64,000 nt of DNA from Octopus sinensis (lineage: Eukaryota). Below the pieces are notes generated by a model that had not been told where the DNA came from, did not search any database, and was given only the letters and a program-made list of their open reading frames with translations. Position numbers and translations under genes: made by a program. Numbering within the stretch: the stretch's first letter is position 1; each line of letters opens with the position of its first letter. Below are positions 50,950 to 64,000 of this stretch, piece after piece. The stretch is from NCBI RefSeq assembly GCF_006345805.1, contig NC_043022.1, positions 22,072,001 through 22,136,000 on the forward strand. The letters run 5' to 3'.

Positions 50950-52960
50950 TATGACAAGCTTCTTTCAGTTTCCGTCTACCAAATCCTCTCACAAGGCTTT
51001 GGTCGGCCCGAGGCTATAGCAGAAGACACTTGCCCAAGATGCCACGCAGTGGGACTGAACCCGGAACCATGTGGTTGGTTAGCAGGCTACTTACCACACA
51101 GCCACTCCTGCGCCTATGTTTGTGTGTGTGCATAAACAGACAGATAGATAGATTTCATCATCATCATTTTAATGACCAGTTTTTCAATACTTGCATAGAC
51201 CAGGCTGAATTTACTTAGACAGACAGACTTTCTATGGTTGGATAACTCCTTGGTGCCAACCCTCACCTGTTTCCAAGCATGGCCAGACATGCTTTTCATG
51301 TAAGACTAGAAACAAACATGATCAGCATTTAACATCCGTTTTCCATGCTGGCATGGGTTGGACTGTTCGAGAGGAGCTGGTCAGCTGAAGAGCTGCCTGG
51401 GCATCATGTCTGTTTTGGCATGGTTTCTACACCTAGATGCCCTTCCTAAAGGCAACCACTTTACAGAGTGAACTGGGTGCTTTTACGCAGCACCAGCACA
51501 GATGCTATTATGTGGCACTGTTACAGGTGCTTTTTATGTGGCACCTGCAAGCCCACAAGATTAGGAACACTCAGCTGAAGAGGGATGCAGGGGACATACC
51601 TGTATGCAAGGATGACCACAGGACTACAAGGATTTTTGTGGGAAGAATAGGCATTCAACAGATAGTCACAGCCCACATTTTGCTTCAGCAATCCGCAGAC
51701 CAATATACCTATTTTTTTACTACCCACAAGGGGCTAAACACAGAGGGGACAAACAAGGATAGACGAATAGATTACGTCGATTATATCAACCCCAGTACGT
51801 AACTGGTACTTATTTAATCGACCCCGAAAGGATGGAAGGCAAAGTCGACCTCAGCGGAATTTGAACTCAGAATGTAACAGCAGACGAAATACCGCAAAGC
51901 ATTTTGCCCGGCGTTCTAACATTTCTGCCAGCTCTAATTTATCTATTTAGCTATCTACCACACACACATATGTATATGCATGCATGCATGTATGTATATT
52001 GGGTGATCAAGTATTTTAAAACACTTTAGCAGGCCATATATGGAAAACAAACCAATGTAATGTTATATGACACGTAGCGAATTTCATCTTTCACATATCT
52101 CAAAAAGTGTCAACTTAATCTTACACAAAAAATTTTAAAAGGCTGTTGTTTATGGCTGTAGCCAACATTGACAGTGATTTGGTGATTGCAGACATTTTGA
52201 ACATGGCCAGGTCCCATGTTTGAGAGCTGAAAAGTGAAGTGGAGGTCTCTAATGCAGATATGTTATTTGAGATCAAGAAAAAGTCTAAGATTACACTGTG
52301 TTAAAATGGCTGAGGGTTATTTCTATTTTTTGTCCCAGCAAGTCAGTGAGGGCCGTCACTAAGCAACTCAAGGTAGCACTACCAGACATTAGGGTTAAAT
52401 CCTAAATATAAACAGAGTACAATTTTTACCTGGTAGGACTTGGGAAAGCTGAACAAACTGAAACACCCTAAAAAGCCCATCAGTTATGTTGTTCACTTCA
52501 AAGAACTTCAGTTTGGGATCAAGACCAAGACCAAAAGATGAACAGAAAGAATAACGGGTGGCCCTGCAACAACATTACAGAGGTACCCATAGTCATGCCC
52601 ATCAAGTTCCCGTAATCTCTAATGATCTTGGCAGGTGTGAGCAATGAAGGTCACTTCCTAACTTCTCACAGGGTCTCAGAATTGATATCCCGGTCAAAAC
52701 TAGGGTGATTGAGACAATGGACAAGCCCTCAATGAATGGTATGACCCACGGAAAACTATACATGTTTCAATGGGAAACTGCTTCCACCAACATGATTCTT
52801 GTGACTTGGGAATGGTTGGCTGAGAATTTTCACAATCATGTGACCTCCAGCATGTAACCTACTAGCTCTCCTGATTTGAACTGCCTAAACTAAAACATCT
52901 GCGGTGTTCCTGAGGTGTCCAAGGATTCACTGAAGGCTGTTATCGTTCTCATCCCGATTG

Positions 52961-53786
52961 TCTCAGGCATCTCACCAATCATACACACACACACACATAT
53001 ATATATATATATGTGCATGTACATTATGTAACAGTCATGGCTGTGTGGCTGAGAACACATGATTTCAAGTTCAGTTCCACTGCATGGTACCTTGGGCAAG
53101 TGACTACTTTTATAGCCCTGGGCCAACCGAAGCTTTGTTCGGAGGAGGAGACCTGCCCAATTCTGACATGCAGCCACTTCTATGGCCACATCAACACTGT
53201 CACTGAGGTTGAGAGTAGTTTTGCTGTATAACCTGTTGCTTTAATGTATCTAGTTGAACATGTGGACCACATTCCTGAAAAAAAAATTTTCTTCTTCGTC
53301 ATCTAGCACATTATCATCATCGTCATCAATATCAACATTTTAATGTCCGTTTTTTGATATTTGCATGAGTCAGACAGAATTTGTTGAGGCAGATTTTCTA
53401 TGGCAAGATGATGCCATTGCTGTCACTAACCCCCACTTGCTTCCAAGCAAGGCGATGGTGTTTTTATGGAAGGTTATAAACAAAGGACACCACTTTTGTG
53501 GCAGTGACATTCATAATGATCACACGATGTCAAGACAAGGAGACACAAATTCACTCACACACATGTACATACACACGTGTATGATGGCTTCCTTCAGTTT
53601 CCACCTACCAAATCCACTCACAAAACTTCGGTTGGCCCAGGGCTATAGTAGTAGTCACTTGCCCGAGGTACCATGCAGTGGAACTGAACTTTGGAATCGT
53701 GTTCTCGGCCACACAGCCATGACTGTTACATAATGAACATGCACATACATATATATGTGTGTGTGTGATTGGTGAGATGCTTAAGA
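52961..53786. repeat. Inverted duplication, arms 52961-53138 and 53620-53786
   Basis: Unique flank plus SINE head are mirrored. Confidence 0.85.
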
Positions 53787-54816
53787 CAATCGGGCTAAAA
53801 ACAATAACAAATGGGTTAACAAAAGGATCTAACGACATAATAAAATGAGAAAAACAACATGTAAACAACAGTGAATATAGAGATATACAGGTGTATCTGA
53901 GAACATGACAGACTAACAGACATACAAGCAGATAGTAATGTGTGTGTGTGTGTGTGTGTGTGCATGAGTTTCACTGTGTATATTTTCCTATGTATGCATG
54001 AGTACATCAAAGTGATTCAGCATGTGTGTGCATAGGAGCACGAGGGTTGTCGTGTGCACATATGCGCACGCACACACACACATGCCAAAGTGAGTATGTA
54101 AGTTCATTAGTATGGATGTGATTCTGTATATATGTGGATATATAGCTCAGATATAGAAAGTGTATGTGTGAGAGAAAGAAAGGGAGAATGGCTGTGTGTA
54201 TGTGTGAGACAGAGGGAGAATGGCTGTATGTATATGTGTGTGTGTGTGTGATATACTCTTTTACTCTTTTACTTGTTTCAGTCATTTGACTGCGGCCATG
54301 CTGGAGCACCGCCTTTAGTCGAGCAACTCGACCCCGGGACTTATTCTTTTTGTAAGCCCAGTACTTATTCTATCGGTCTCTTTTTGCCGAACCGCTAAGT
54401 GACGTTCAGACTTTCACAAAAACACACATCTTAAACATACAATCACAACACCATCACATCTACTTTCCTCTCTCAAGACACCCCAGCTATCTATTCATCA
54501 TTATTTCAGTTACTCAGTCCTTTTCATACCCACCACACCTGAGACAGCCTCCGATTCTATCTATGCTACAAAAAATTCCCATTCATAAATATTCATATTT
54601 AAACTTAAAACCAACCATTACAATGTTGACTAAAATTCATTTTGTTACGCCATGTTCCAAACTCGACATTTAATAACAAAAATCTGTTATTTTTACTAAA
54701 CCCTTCTAAATCACCAATTATTTACAACATTAATAGAAACACCTGGACTGTATTATTTCATTAGAAACATGGTGATGAAAGAATTAACAATTAATTGGTA
54801 AGTTAACTTGTTAGTA

Positions 54817-54848
<32 letters not shown>

Positions 54849-56413
54849 GGCTTGTTATCTTACCCGGAGTAGTTTCTTCAAATCCCACGGAGGCTTTGAA
54901 TATGTTTTTGACCCAGTAGATGTCCGTTTTGATGAATATTTGGAGGATTTAGATGCCATCTTTATCTTTCTCATACATCACACCACACATACACATTTTT
55001 TATATGTATATATATGCATGTTTGTATATATATATATAGATGTGTGTATTAAACAAGATACTTTCTCAATATTTCTGAGTTTGTATGTAGATGTGTGTTT
55101 GTGTGTAACAGGTACCTTTTTATTACCTGTAGTTAATATGAGAAAGAAACAAACAGGTACACATACATACACGCTTAGTAGTGTGTCACAATGAGGAAGT
55201 GAGAGAGAAAAGACACACACACACACACACACTGCAGTAGTACTACACTGTTTTAGTATGGTTCCATGGAGTGCTTAATTATCCAGTGGGCTGCAAAGGA
55301 ATTGAAACAGGTAACCAGATGAGACAGCTCGAAGATGATGTAAATAATTGCACCCGAACAGCAGGTGTCTGTGTCATTGGTCAGCTGAAATGTCACGGTT
55401 GCAACACATGAGTGTGAGAAAGTAACAAAAGAGAAAGATGATATATCTGAGATGAAATCAAGAAAGGCAGAAGTTATAAAAAAAACTTTGCTTATCTTCT
55501 AGGAATGACCAGCAGTGGTGGTAGTGGTGGTGGATTGTGTATGAGTATGTGTGTGTGTGTGTGTGTGTAAAATGAGAAAGATAGAAGACAAGGGAGATGC
55601 TAAAGAGAGAGACATGGGTCAGAGAAAGAGAGGGAAAGAGTGAATGAGTATGTATGTATGTATGTATATGTGTCTAATACGACTGATCAAATGTCAAACT
55701 GCTAGTTTTCTTCCAAACCGCAGGAAGAAAGATATTTTTTTTCATCAATTTCTTTTTTCTTTTTCTTTCTTTATACCTCACACATGCAAAGGATAGTTGA
55801 CACAAGTTGACACATCTCAGCGATAATCACTGCCCCACATTCTATTAAAACACCTCACAACACCACACCATGTTCAACCAATAAGGAAGAGTTCTTACAC
55901 GTTCACTCAGCTTATAAGAAATAAACAAATGTCATTGAAATCACACCCTGCCAAAGAGAGGACAAATACATTTCTATAATGTAGTCCTAGATAAACTGTG
56001 TCAGAATAAAAGCCAAGATGTTTACAGTTGGAATATCTCTGATCATATAATGTCCACTAGATCAGGACTGACTGAGTTTAAATAATGACCACAACTGTAT
56101 GTTGTGTTTACTTCACACTATGGAGGTCCCAACTCCAGTTAGGAGAGAACAGTAATGATTTTAGTGTGCATGTGTGAGAGAGGGAGGGAGAGAAAGAAAG
56201 GAGAGACAAGATGTGTGTGTATGTGTTTGTGTGTGCACGTACATGTAAGAGGACATGTGTGTGTCTATGTGTGTGAAAGAGAGAGAGAGAGAAAGAGACA
56301 GTGTGTGCGTCAGGGAGTGTGTAAACTGCAGGGGGTACAGAGTAGATTAACGACCATTATTTCGCAGAATATGGTACAAGCTGATCCAAAACCTGTAGTC
56401 TCCACAGTAACAC

Positions 56414-56500
56414 AACAACAACAACAGCAGCAGCAGCAGTAGTAGTAGCAGCAGCAGTAGTAGTAACAGTAGTAGTAGTTGAAAGTAGTAGTAGCAGCAA
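56414..56500. repeat. (CAA)(CAG)(TAG) trinucleotide mosaic
   Basis: Direct reading. Confidence 0.9.
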
Positions 56501-56814
56501 CAGCCCACCAAGGGTGGATGACTGGGGGACTGGTTTCAATTATATTAATACAGACTTTCAGCAGAAAATATCCAACTATGGCCACCACCATCACTACTAC
56601 ACAGAGAACAATCTGTAGTAAAGACCATTGTGATTTAATGTCTAACTTCCTGTCAGTGTGTGAGGTTTCGGAGAGGGGTGGCTGTAGTATACCTGCCTTC
56701 TCTAATTTAACATATCTAATTTAACTCAGGTAGGTAGGCAGAGAAGGTAGGTGAAAGGTGCTCCAGGTAGCATTCCCAAGTAGGAAGAGGAAGGTAAATA
56801 AACAAATATTTTAC

Positions 56815-56824
56815 ACACACACAT

Positions 56825-56872
<48 letters not shown>

Positions 56873-57068
56873 TTATGTACATGAACATACATATACAGAA
56901 ATATATGCATATATATATACATACATACATATACAGATATATATTTATACATATAGATATACATACATACATAGATATATATTTATACATATAGATACAT
57001 GTATATATATATATATACATACAAATATATATATAAACATATATACACATACATACATATACATATAC

Positions 57069-57105
<37 letters not shown>

Positions 57106-57332
57106 CATACATACATATATACACATACACACACACACATATATATATATACACACACATACATATATACACACATACATATATATATACACACATACAT
57201 ATATATATATATATACACATACATATATATATATATACACACATATATATATATACACATACATATATACACATACATATATATACACATACATATATAT
57301 ACACACACACACACACACATACCTACATATAT
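56815..57332. repeat. ~500-bp (TG)/(TA/CA)n microsatellite
   Basis: Direct reading. Confidence 0.97.
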
Positions 57333-57339
57333 ATCAGCT

Positions 57340-58690
57340 TTCCTCAAGACCTATGCCTCTGGAGCTTTTAAGGTTCCCAGACATCTCTGATGGAAACATT
57401 CAAGGACCTTTACATGACATTTGGAAAGGGTCCATGTATCACATGAGTGAAGGAGTGCTGTCAGGACACATGCATGGTACACAGCAAATTTTGTTTACCT
57501 TGTGATGCCATGCTGGGACAAGATACAAGACAGCAAGTTACTCTTTGCAGCCTGAAAGATATTTCATCATCCAGGGAGCAAGAACAGCAGAGTGTGCTGC
57601 TTAGGTAGACAAACTTTCAGTATTGTTCTTTTCAGTAGACCACTTTCTGTATCGTTCCTTCAACCACGAAATCTGGTTCCACATATGGATTTGCTGGTGT
57701 AGGCTGGAACATTACAACAGTCTTGTCCAGGCCAATGCTGAGTCCAAGTGCCTTCTATGATTCATAAGTATTTGCATGTCATCCACTGTATGAGTGACTA
57801 AGTTACAGTTATCTGCATAAAGGAGGTCACAGATAAGAGATTAGAAAACTTTTGAATTGGCAGCAAATCGGTGCAGATTAAAGAGGTGGCCAGAAGATCA
57901 ATACCTGACATATATTCCCAGAAAACTAACCTTAGCAAAAGCATGATAAATGCAGCAACAAAGTACAAAGAAAAGTGAGTTGGGGCAAGGATGTCACCCT
58001 GCTTGACACCATTCTCTACAGGAATGGGTCCTGCCATGCCACCACCAACATAGACCGAAGCCTCCATCCTATCATGAACTTATTTAATTATAGATACAAA
58101 GTGATCCGGAGAACTATGTTTGCCAAGTATTTTCCATAACAAGGCCCTATTCACAGTATCAGAGGCCTTAGTTAAATCAATGAATACCTGGACAAAATCC
58201 ATATTCTGCTCATAGCACTTCTCCTGCATTTGTCTTGCTGTGAAAATCATATCCATTGTCCCTCTACAAGATAGGAAGCCACATTGAGATTCAGATAGGA
58301 CATCATTTACAAGACACCCATTCAGGCAGGTAAGAATATTTGCCAGAACCTTGCCAACACTGATAGTAGAGCAATACCTCAGTAGTTACCACACATTATT
58401 CTGGCATCCTTCCAGTCCTTAGGTATTGCACCATCCCTTCAGACTACACTAAGAAGTTCATGAAGGGACTGTAGGATGTAATCACCACCAAATTGCAAAA
58501 CCGAAGCACAAATTCCATCCCTTCCAGGTGCCCTACCAAGATTCAATTTATTTACTGCTGTCATTACCTCATCTATTGGGGGCATGGAATTTAAGGAGCC
58601 AATGATAGATCTTTGTTGTATATGATCAATCACTGCTTCTTCCACAACTGACTCATGGTTTAGGAGTTCAGAGAAGTGATTTCTGTTGAT
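57340..58690 (-). mobile_element. Decayed RTE (BovB-like) LINE reverse-transcriptase region
   Basis: GRAPGRDGI, SESQCGF..RGTMDMIF, FIDLTKA.DTVNR and GVKQGDILAP motifs; multiple frameshifts. Confidence 0.9.
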
Positions 58691-60109
58691 TTAGTAAATA
58701 GAGTCGAAGACTCCTTGGAAAGAAAACAAGCTGATGCTTGCATGAGGTTTACTCCAGTATGGTCTTAGCTCTAATGGCAAAAACAAAGTAAAACATACAC
58801 ATTAGAAAGAGGTAGTGAGTGATGGTGTGAAAGATGGGTAGACTTAGTGAATGAGAAAGACTTAGTGAAAGAAAGAGAGAAAAAGAGTGAAAGAGTAATA
58901 AGGAAGAGAAAGAGAAACAATGCTGTGCAGTATTATTGCAAACAAACTAATAATTACGTAAGTAATGTAATATTAAGTAATTAAGATAACAAGATTATTT
59001 AAACCAGGACTGATAGCATTTACTGCCAGTCTAATTGTTAAGAAATTTGTTTTATTTATTATGAGGAGAGAGAAAGGTGGGGACCATCATTGACTGGCAA
59101 AGTTGTTTAATCCCAGATCAACCCAGATCAATGTGACCTATGATCAAAGCTTTCTCACACAACAGCCATATCATCTTTCTTCCATGGCTGTATATTTAGA
59201 ATTACATCATGTGTTCTTTATTTTTTCCATTTTCAGTGCATAATATGAGCAAGTTTTGACTGTTGCTTCTAGCAGGTTGAATACCATATAGAAGTACCCT
59301 CAAAGTTGATGCGAATGACTGCAGTCCTTCAAGTGATGAAAATAATGTTGATTTTCTTTCATCAAGAACTGCAATAAACACATAGCTTAAGCTCCTGTAG
59401 GATCAACCCTTTACGGTAAATATGAAGAAAGAGGGGTGTTCCAGAGGAATGCATGTTTGAGGGAGAATAAATTAGGTGAAAGCTTGCTGCAAGATATGGT
59501 AGATTAGTAACACACAGTACAGATCATAGAGTGAAGGAGAAGCTAGATCAAAGGGACCAATGGATTTTTTTTATTTCCCAACACTTACTCATGATAATAA
59601 TCTGTTTTTATTATCATCATTGTTTAACATCCATCTTCCATGCAAGCATGGCTGTGTGGTAACAAGCTTGCTTCCTAACACATGGTTCCAAGTTCAGTCC
59701 CAGTGTGGTACCTTGGGTAAGTGTCTTCTGTTATAGCCTCAGGCCAATGAAAGCCTTGTGAGTGGATTTGGTAGATGGAAACTGAAAGAAGCCTGTCTTA
59801 TGTATTTACATATATGCATGTATATATCATTACGTGTGTATCTTTGTGTTTGTCCCCCACCACTACTTGACAACCAGGGTTGGTGTGTTTACATCCAGGT
59901 TACTTAGCAGTTCCGTTGAAATTTTGAATGTGGCTGAGGGATTGAAATGAAAAATAACACATTTATTTCCAGATGTTTTCTCAGATGAACTGGGCTGCTG
60001 CATGAAAACAAAGGCAAAAATTGTAGTAAAACAAAGTGCAACACCTGTATTTAAGTCAAAATGTAATATACCATTTGTAGTGCTAGAACAGGTAAATAAG
60101 AAACTTGAA

Positions 60110-61501
60110 ACTTCTGTGTCTTTTTCTGCAGTTAGACCCTGAGTAAATATCAGGCACTTGAATATGTCTGGTATTAACTCATCCAGTTTGAACTTTTCAC
60201 ATTCTGTGTCAACTCCACCAACATATGTGATGTAGTCCTCCTTGTTCTTTTCTAGGTCAAACATTTCCAGCATGTACTGAACAAGCTTTTCTCGCTGAAA
60301 ATTTTACACAATATGTTTATGATATTTCTAAAGTTTATGTCAAGTTTTTTTGGGGAGTATGTAATTGCTGCAACACTCATATTTTTCTGCCGCAAGTTTT
60401 CTTAGGATTAGACACGCTTTCATATCATCATCCCAATCTTTGCACTCTTTAATGAAGATCTGTTCATATCTTCTATAGTACACCTTGACGGTAGCTCCTT
60501 TCTCTGGTTCATACTTAAATTCCATTATTGAGTTTGCAACATAATCTGGTGAGAACATCTTTTCAGCATTTTTGGATGACTTACTTTTCAGTAATTGCAG
60601 CATTTGTTGTTGTTCAATTCAATTCAATTTCTATTGGCCCAAAAAGCAAAAGCAAGGCCATGTATGGGGACAGGGAGTTATGTACAGGGAAGATGATCAT
60701 ATAAAGAGTTCAGGCCATTTCTGGTCAAGAGAGACTTTGAACCGAGCGGTCGTCGGCACCTTCACTATCACTGTAATAGTTATTGTTGTTGTTCATGCAG
60801 TAGTAATTGTTGTTGTTTTTGCAGCTGCTGTTGTTGTTCCTGTAGTTGTTGTCATTGTTTCTGCAGCTGTTGTTGTTGTTGCTGTTTTTGCAACTCAGGT
60901 GAACTGGCCAACAAATCTTCCATAATTTTACACTTTTGTATACCATAAAATTCGCACAAAAAACTTTTATGAGCTTCATAACTCCTTGTGAGTTTGTTAA
61001 TTCTTCATTGATAAACAACAAATGTCGCCCTTTTCAAGCCTAGCCAGGCTCATGGGCCCAGTTTCCCGGTTTCTGTGGCATATGTGTTCCCCTCCTCCAG
61101 CTGGATGGGACGCCAGTCCATCGCAGCGTTACTCAAGAAACAGGAAGAGAGAGTGAGAGAAAGTTGTGGCGAAAGAGTACAACAGGGGTCACCACCACCC
61201 CCTACCAGAGCCTTGTGGAGCTTTCGGGTGTTTTCGCTCAATAAACACACACAACGCCCAGTCTGGGAATCGAAACTGCAATCCTCCGACCGCGAGTCCG
61301 CTGCCTAACCACTGGGCTATTGCGCCTCCACTAATCCTTCATTACCACTGTTGTAATCCAACATCAGACTGTTATAACGTCCACTCTGGTATAGCAGTAT
61401 AGTTAGTTGGACAAGTAAGACATGACTATCTATGACTGACAACCCCTGACTTTTCAACGTCCACAGTATTTGTAACGACTGGCACATTACCACTTGTCAC
61501 A
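60110..61501 (-). mobile_element. Ty3/Gypsy LTR retrotransposon 5' relic (gag pseudogene, candidate PBS and LTR), with SINE inserted at 61030-61330
   Basis: FSPDYVANSIMEFKYEPEKG...YYRRYE..F...LILRKL...YILPK and FKCLIFTQGL motifs; Q-rich N-terminus at 60770-60890. Confidence 0.75.
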
Positions 61502-61830
61502 TGGGACGGGTATTCCCTTATTATAATTATTACCCTCATAACAATCATGTGAATGCTTTCTTTGCCCTTGCTTTATTAAATTATTTATCCAACACCAAAA
61601 AATGTTATTGTCCCACACATAAGACAAACTGAAAAGTAAAGAGTAAGTGGGACATCTATGAGAAATTAAGGTGAAGGGAAATAACTTCTTCAGACAACTA
61701 TCATACAATTCATTGATTACAAACACATATACAAGACCACACACGAAGAGGAAATGTGAGTAAAGTTTATCAAACCAACTTCGATATATGACTGGTATTT
61801 TATTTGATTAACATTGGAGGTAAGAAAAGT

Positions 61831-62245
61831 GGATCTTTTTGGTTTGAACAGCAGTTTTTAACATAATTTCTAGGTAACTAAAAAATTTTAAACTTCGTAT
61901 ACTGGTAGAATGTGTTTATAAAATATCTTTTTCTCTTGGCTTTATTGAGAAAATTCTATAGTTTGTAAGATATTTGTTGTTTTTTTTCTTCAATTTCTGC
62001 AATTTCAACCAATCAATGACGTCTATTGAGGTAAAAAAACAACATTCTGTGCCGTATGAATATGTCCCTCGTTTAAGAAACAGATTGGGTTTATTTACAT
62101 TTGTGAAGAAAAAAAAGATACCCTTCCCCCACTCCTAACCCTAAAAGAGATTGAAATGCAATAGATCGATTCTAGGGTCATAATTATGGGTGACAATTTC
62201 ATATAACACCGCTAGAAAAAACTGCTGTTCAAACCGAAATGATCC
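61831..62245 (-). mobile_element. Merlin-like MITE
   Basis: TIRs; TSD AGAAAAGT/AGAAATGT (7 of 8 match). Confidence 0.8.
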
Positions 62246-62341
62246 AGAAATGTAAATGTTGCTCTTCATGGGATTTATTGACTTCTAACTTAAGTAGAAG
62301 GTCACACATGTTGAAGAGGGATTTAGCTACATTAACTGACT

Positions 62342-62600
62342 GCCTTGTACTTGTGGCGACATTCACCCTGGGTGGGTTGAGTCGGCTTCTTCTACCACCC
62401 TCGAGGCATCTCGAACCATGGCAGCCCACGCATGACAGTCCTGCATCAGTTCACTGGAGATAGCGTGCCAGTCACGGTTCCATCGGCGCAGGCCGACCAC
62501 CTGTGGTCCGTGAGCAGAGAGATCCTCCTTGATTTTTGTAACCCAGGTCTTCAGCTGCCCGCCCGCGCGTTTCCGCCAGTTGGGAAGTGGAGATGGGAGG
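62342..62600 (-). mobile_element. LINE (RTE/RTEX-like) ORF2 C-terminus and 3' end
   Basis: PNWRKRAGGQLKTW...GLRRWNRDW...AWAAMVRD motif ending ACAAGTACAAG. Confidence 0.8.
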
Positions 62601-63196
62601 ACATCATGGCTCAGTTCAACCACCGGAGTGCCCCCACCACCACCACCGGACTGTCTCCCCCCCACCAGACTGCCCCCACCACCGGACTGCCTCACCCCCA
62701 ATCTCCAAATACTCTACTGGAAATTATATTAAACAGCTCATATACTGCAAGGAGATGTGAGTTGTTATGTTTCAGGTAGGGCTCTTTTGTACCACAAGAT
62801 AAGTGACCTGGTGCTTCAGACAAGACAGAGTCCTTCTGATCTGTCAGGAGAGGTTAATTTTGATTATTCAGACAGAGCAGAATCCTCCTGTGCCATGAGG
62901 AGAGCAGTCAGGCAAGATTGGTGAGACAAATGTTTTCTCAAATGGAACCATATAGAAAATTTGTAATGTGATGACAATGCCAAAACTGTTACACATGTAT
63001 CATACCATAGAAGTGTAATATGGTAGCAAGGCAGTGATGATTTTAGATTATCAGTTGGGGGTGTTTACAAGAACAAGTGGTTTATGCAAAATCTTTCTTC
63101 AAATATTTAGGAATTTTATGAATTTGGCTGTTTTACTTACTACTGGAGACCTGTAAGTAATCTCCTCAGATTTTAGGCTATATTTCTTTAATATGT

Positions 63197-63490
63197 GGAG
63201 GCGCAATGGCCCAGTGGTTAGGGCAACGAACTCGCGGTTGTAGGATCACGGTTTCGATTCCCAGACCGGGCGTTGTGAGTGTTTATTGAGTGAAAACATC
63301 TAAAGCTCCACATGAGGCTCTGGCAGGGGGTGGTTGCGATCCCTGCTGTACTCTTTTGCCACAACTTTCTTCTGTTGGCCTGCTCGCTTAGCCAGCAGGT
63401 GGCGTCATTTGAAGGCTAAAACAATGCGAAGCGCATTGTGACCAGCGATGTGTAGCAACATCTGATAGCCTGGTCGGTCACGGTGATCAC
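63197..63490 (+). mobile_element. tRNA-derived SINE family C (OR-like), full length
   Basis: GGAGGCGCAATGGCCCAGTGGTTAGG head with A/B boxes; tail GGTCGGTCACGGTGAT. Confidence 0.85.
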
Positions 63491-64000
63491 GTGATTTCTT
63501 TAATATAGTATTGACTGGAGGAGATACAGTGATGCCGACTTCAATTAAGTGGTGGTGGTAATTATATCAAAGATTGGTAGTAATATCTGGGGCAATGATG
63601 TAATGTCAATGGCTTTAGTCGTCACAGTGAGTACTGTTGTGATGGTGGAAGATGAAGTGGTGATAGTGAACTGAAGGGGTGGGGGGTATTGCAAAATGTA
63701 GTATTACTAGTTTTCTACTGTACCATGGCTCAAATACTGAAGAACTTTTTCATACCACTTAGTATCTCGCATGTCATCATGTAGTGTGGGGAGGGAGAGA
63801 CTGACTCAAGAGTGGACACTGACAAGTAGAGTAAGAGAGTGACGCCTCTCACCTCATTATGAACAAATAAAGAATTATATATGCGTATGTCAGAACATGC
63901 AAATGACTAATTGATGGACACACACAATATGTATGTACGCTATCTCATAAAAATGGAAGATTGAATCTGATTTGTTACTTACATTCATCATCATCATCAT

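Noticed and set aside
56155-56594. Poly-Q, poly-C/Y and poly-T/A ORFs
   Set aside because: Produced by a trinucleotide mosaic; no supporting splice sites or homology.

Overview
Repeat-saturated animal genomic DNA, almost certainly an octopus. The basis is the tRNA-derived SINE families, (GAT)n-tailed RTE LINE ends, Helitrons and very long (TA)n/(CA)n tracts. No prokaryotic features, CRISPR arrays or true rRNA/tRNA genes are supported. The only host gene found is an unconventional myosin-XVIII (MYO18A-like) on the minus strand. Sixteen exons between 42322 and 829 splice in frame (2373 nt, 791 codons) and cover the SH3-like region and nearly the whole motor domain. The PDZ/N-terminal exons and the neck/tail exons were not found in the window. 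One intron has a non-canonical GC donor, and the protein carries the class-18 pseudo-motor substitutions. The introns hold SINEs, RTE/CR1 LINE fragments, mariner/Tc1 relics, a Gypsy gag relic, Helitrons, and piggyBac-, hAT- and Merlin-like MITEs. The most interesting observations are five. (1) A TSD-bounded LINE 3' end encodes three C2H2 fingers and has a ~400-bp (TAA)n tail. (2) An 818-bp fully palindromic MITE derivative has an 8-bp TSD. (3) A 310-bp composite retroposon shares its 3' end with a LINE elsewhere in the window. (4) Two copies of a degenerate minimal-hammerhead-like motif lie in the sense strand of the pre-mRNA. (5) There is a local inverted duplication. All coordinates were read by eye; repeat boundaries are approximate unless a TSD is cited.
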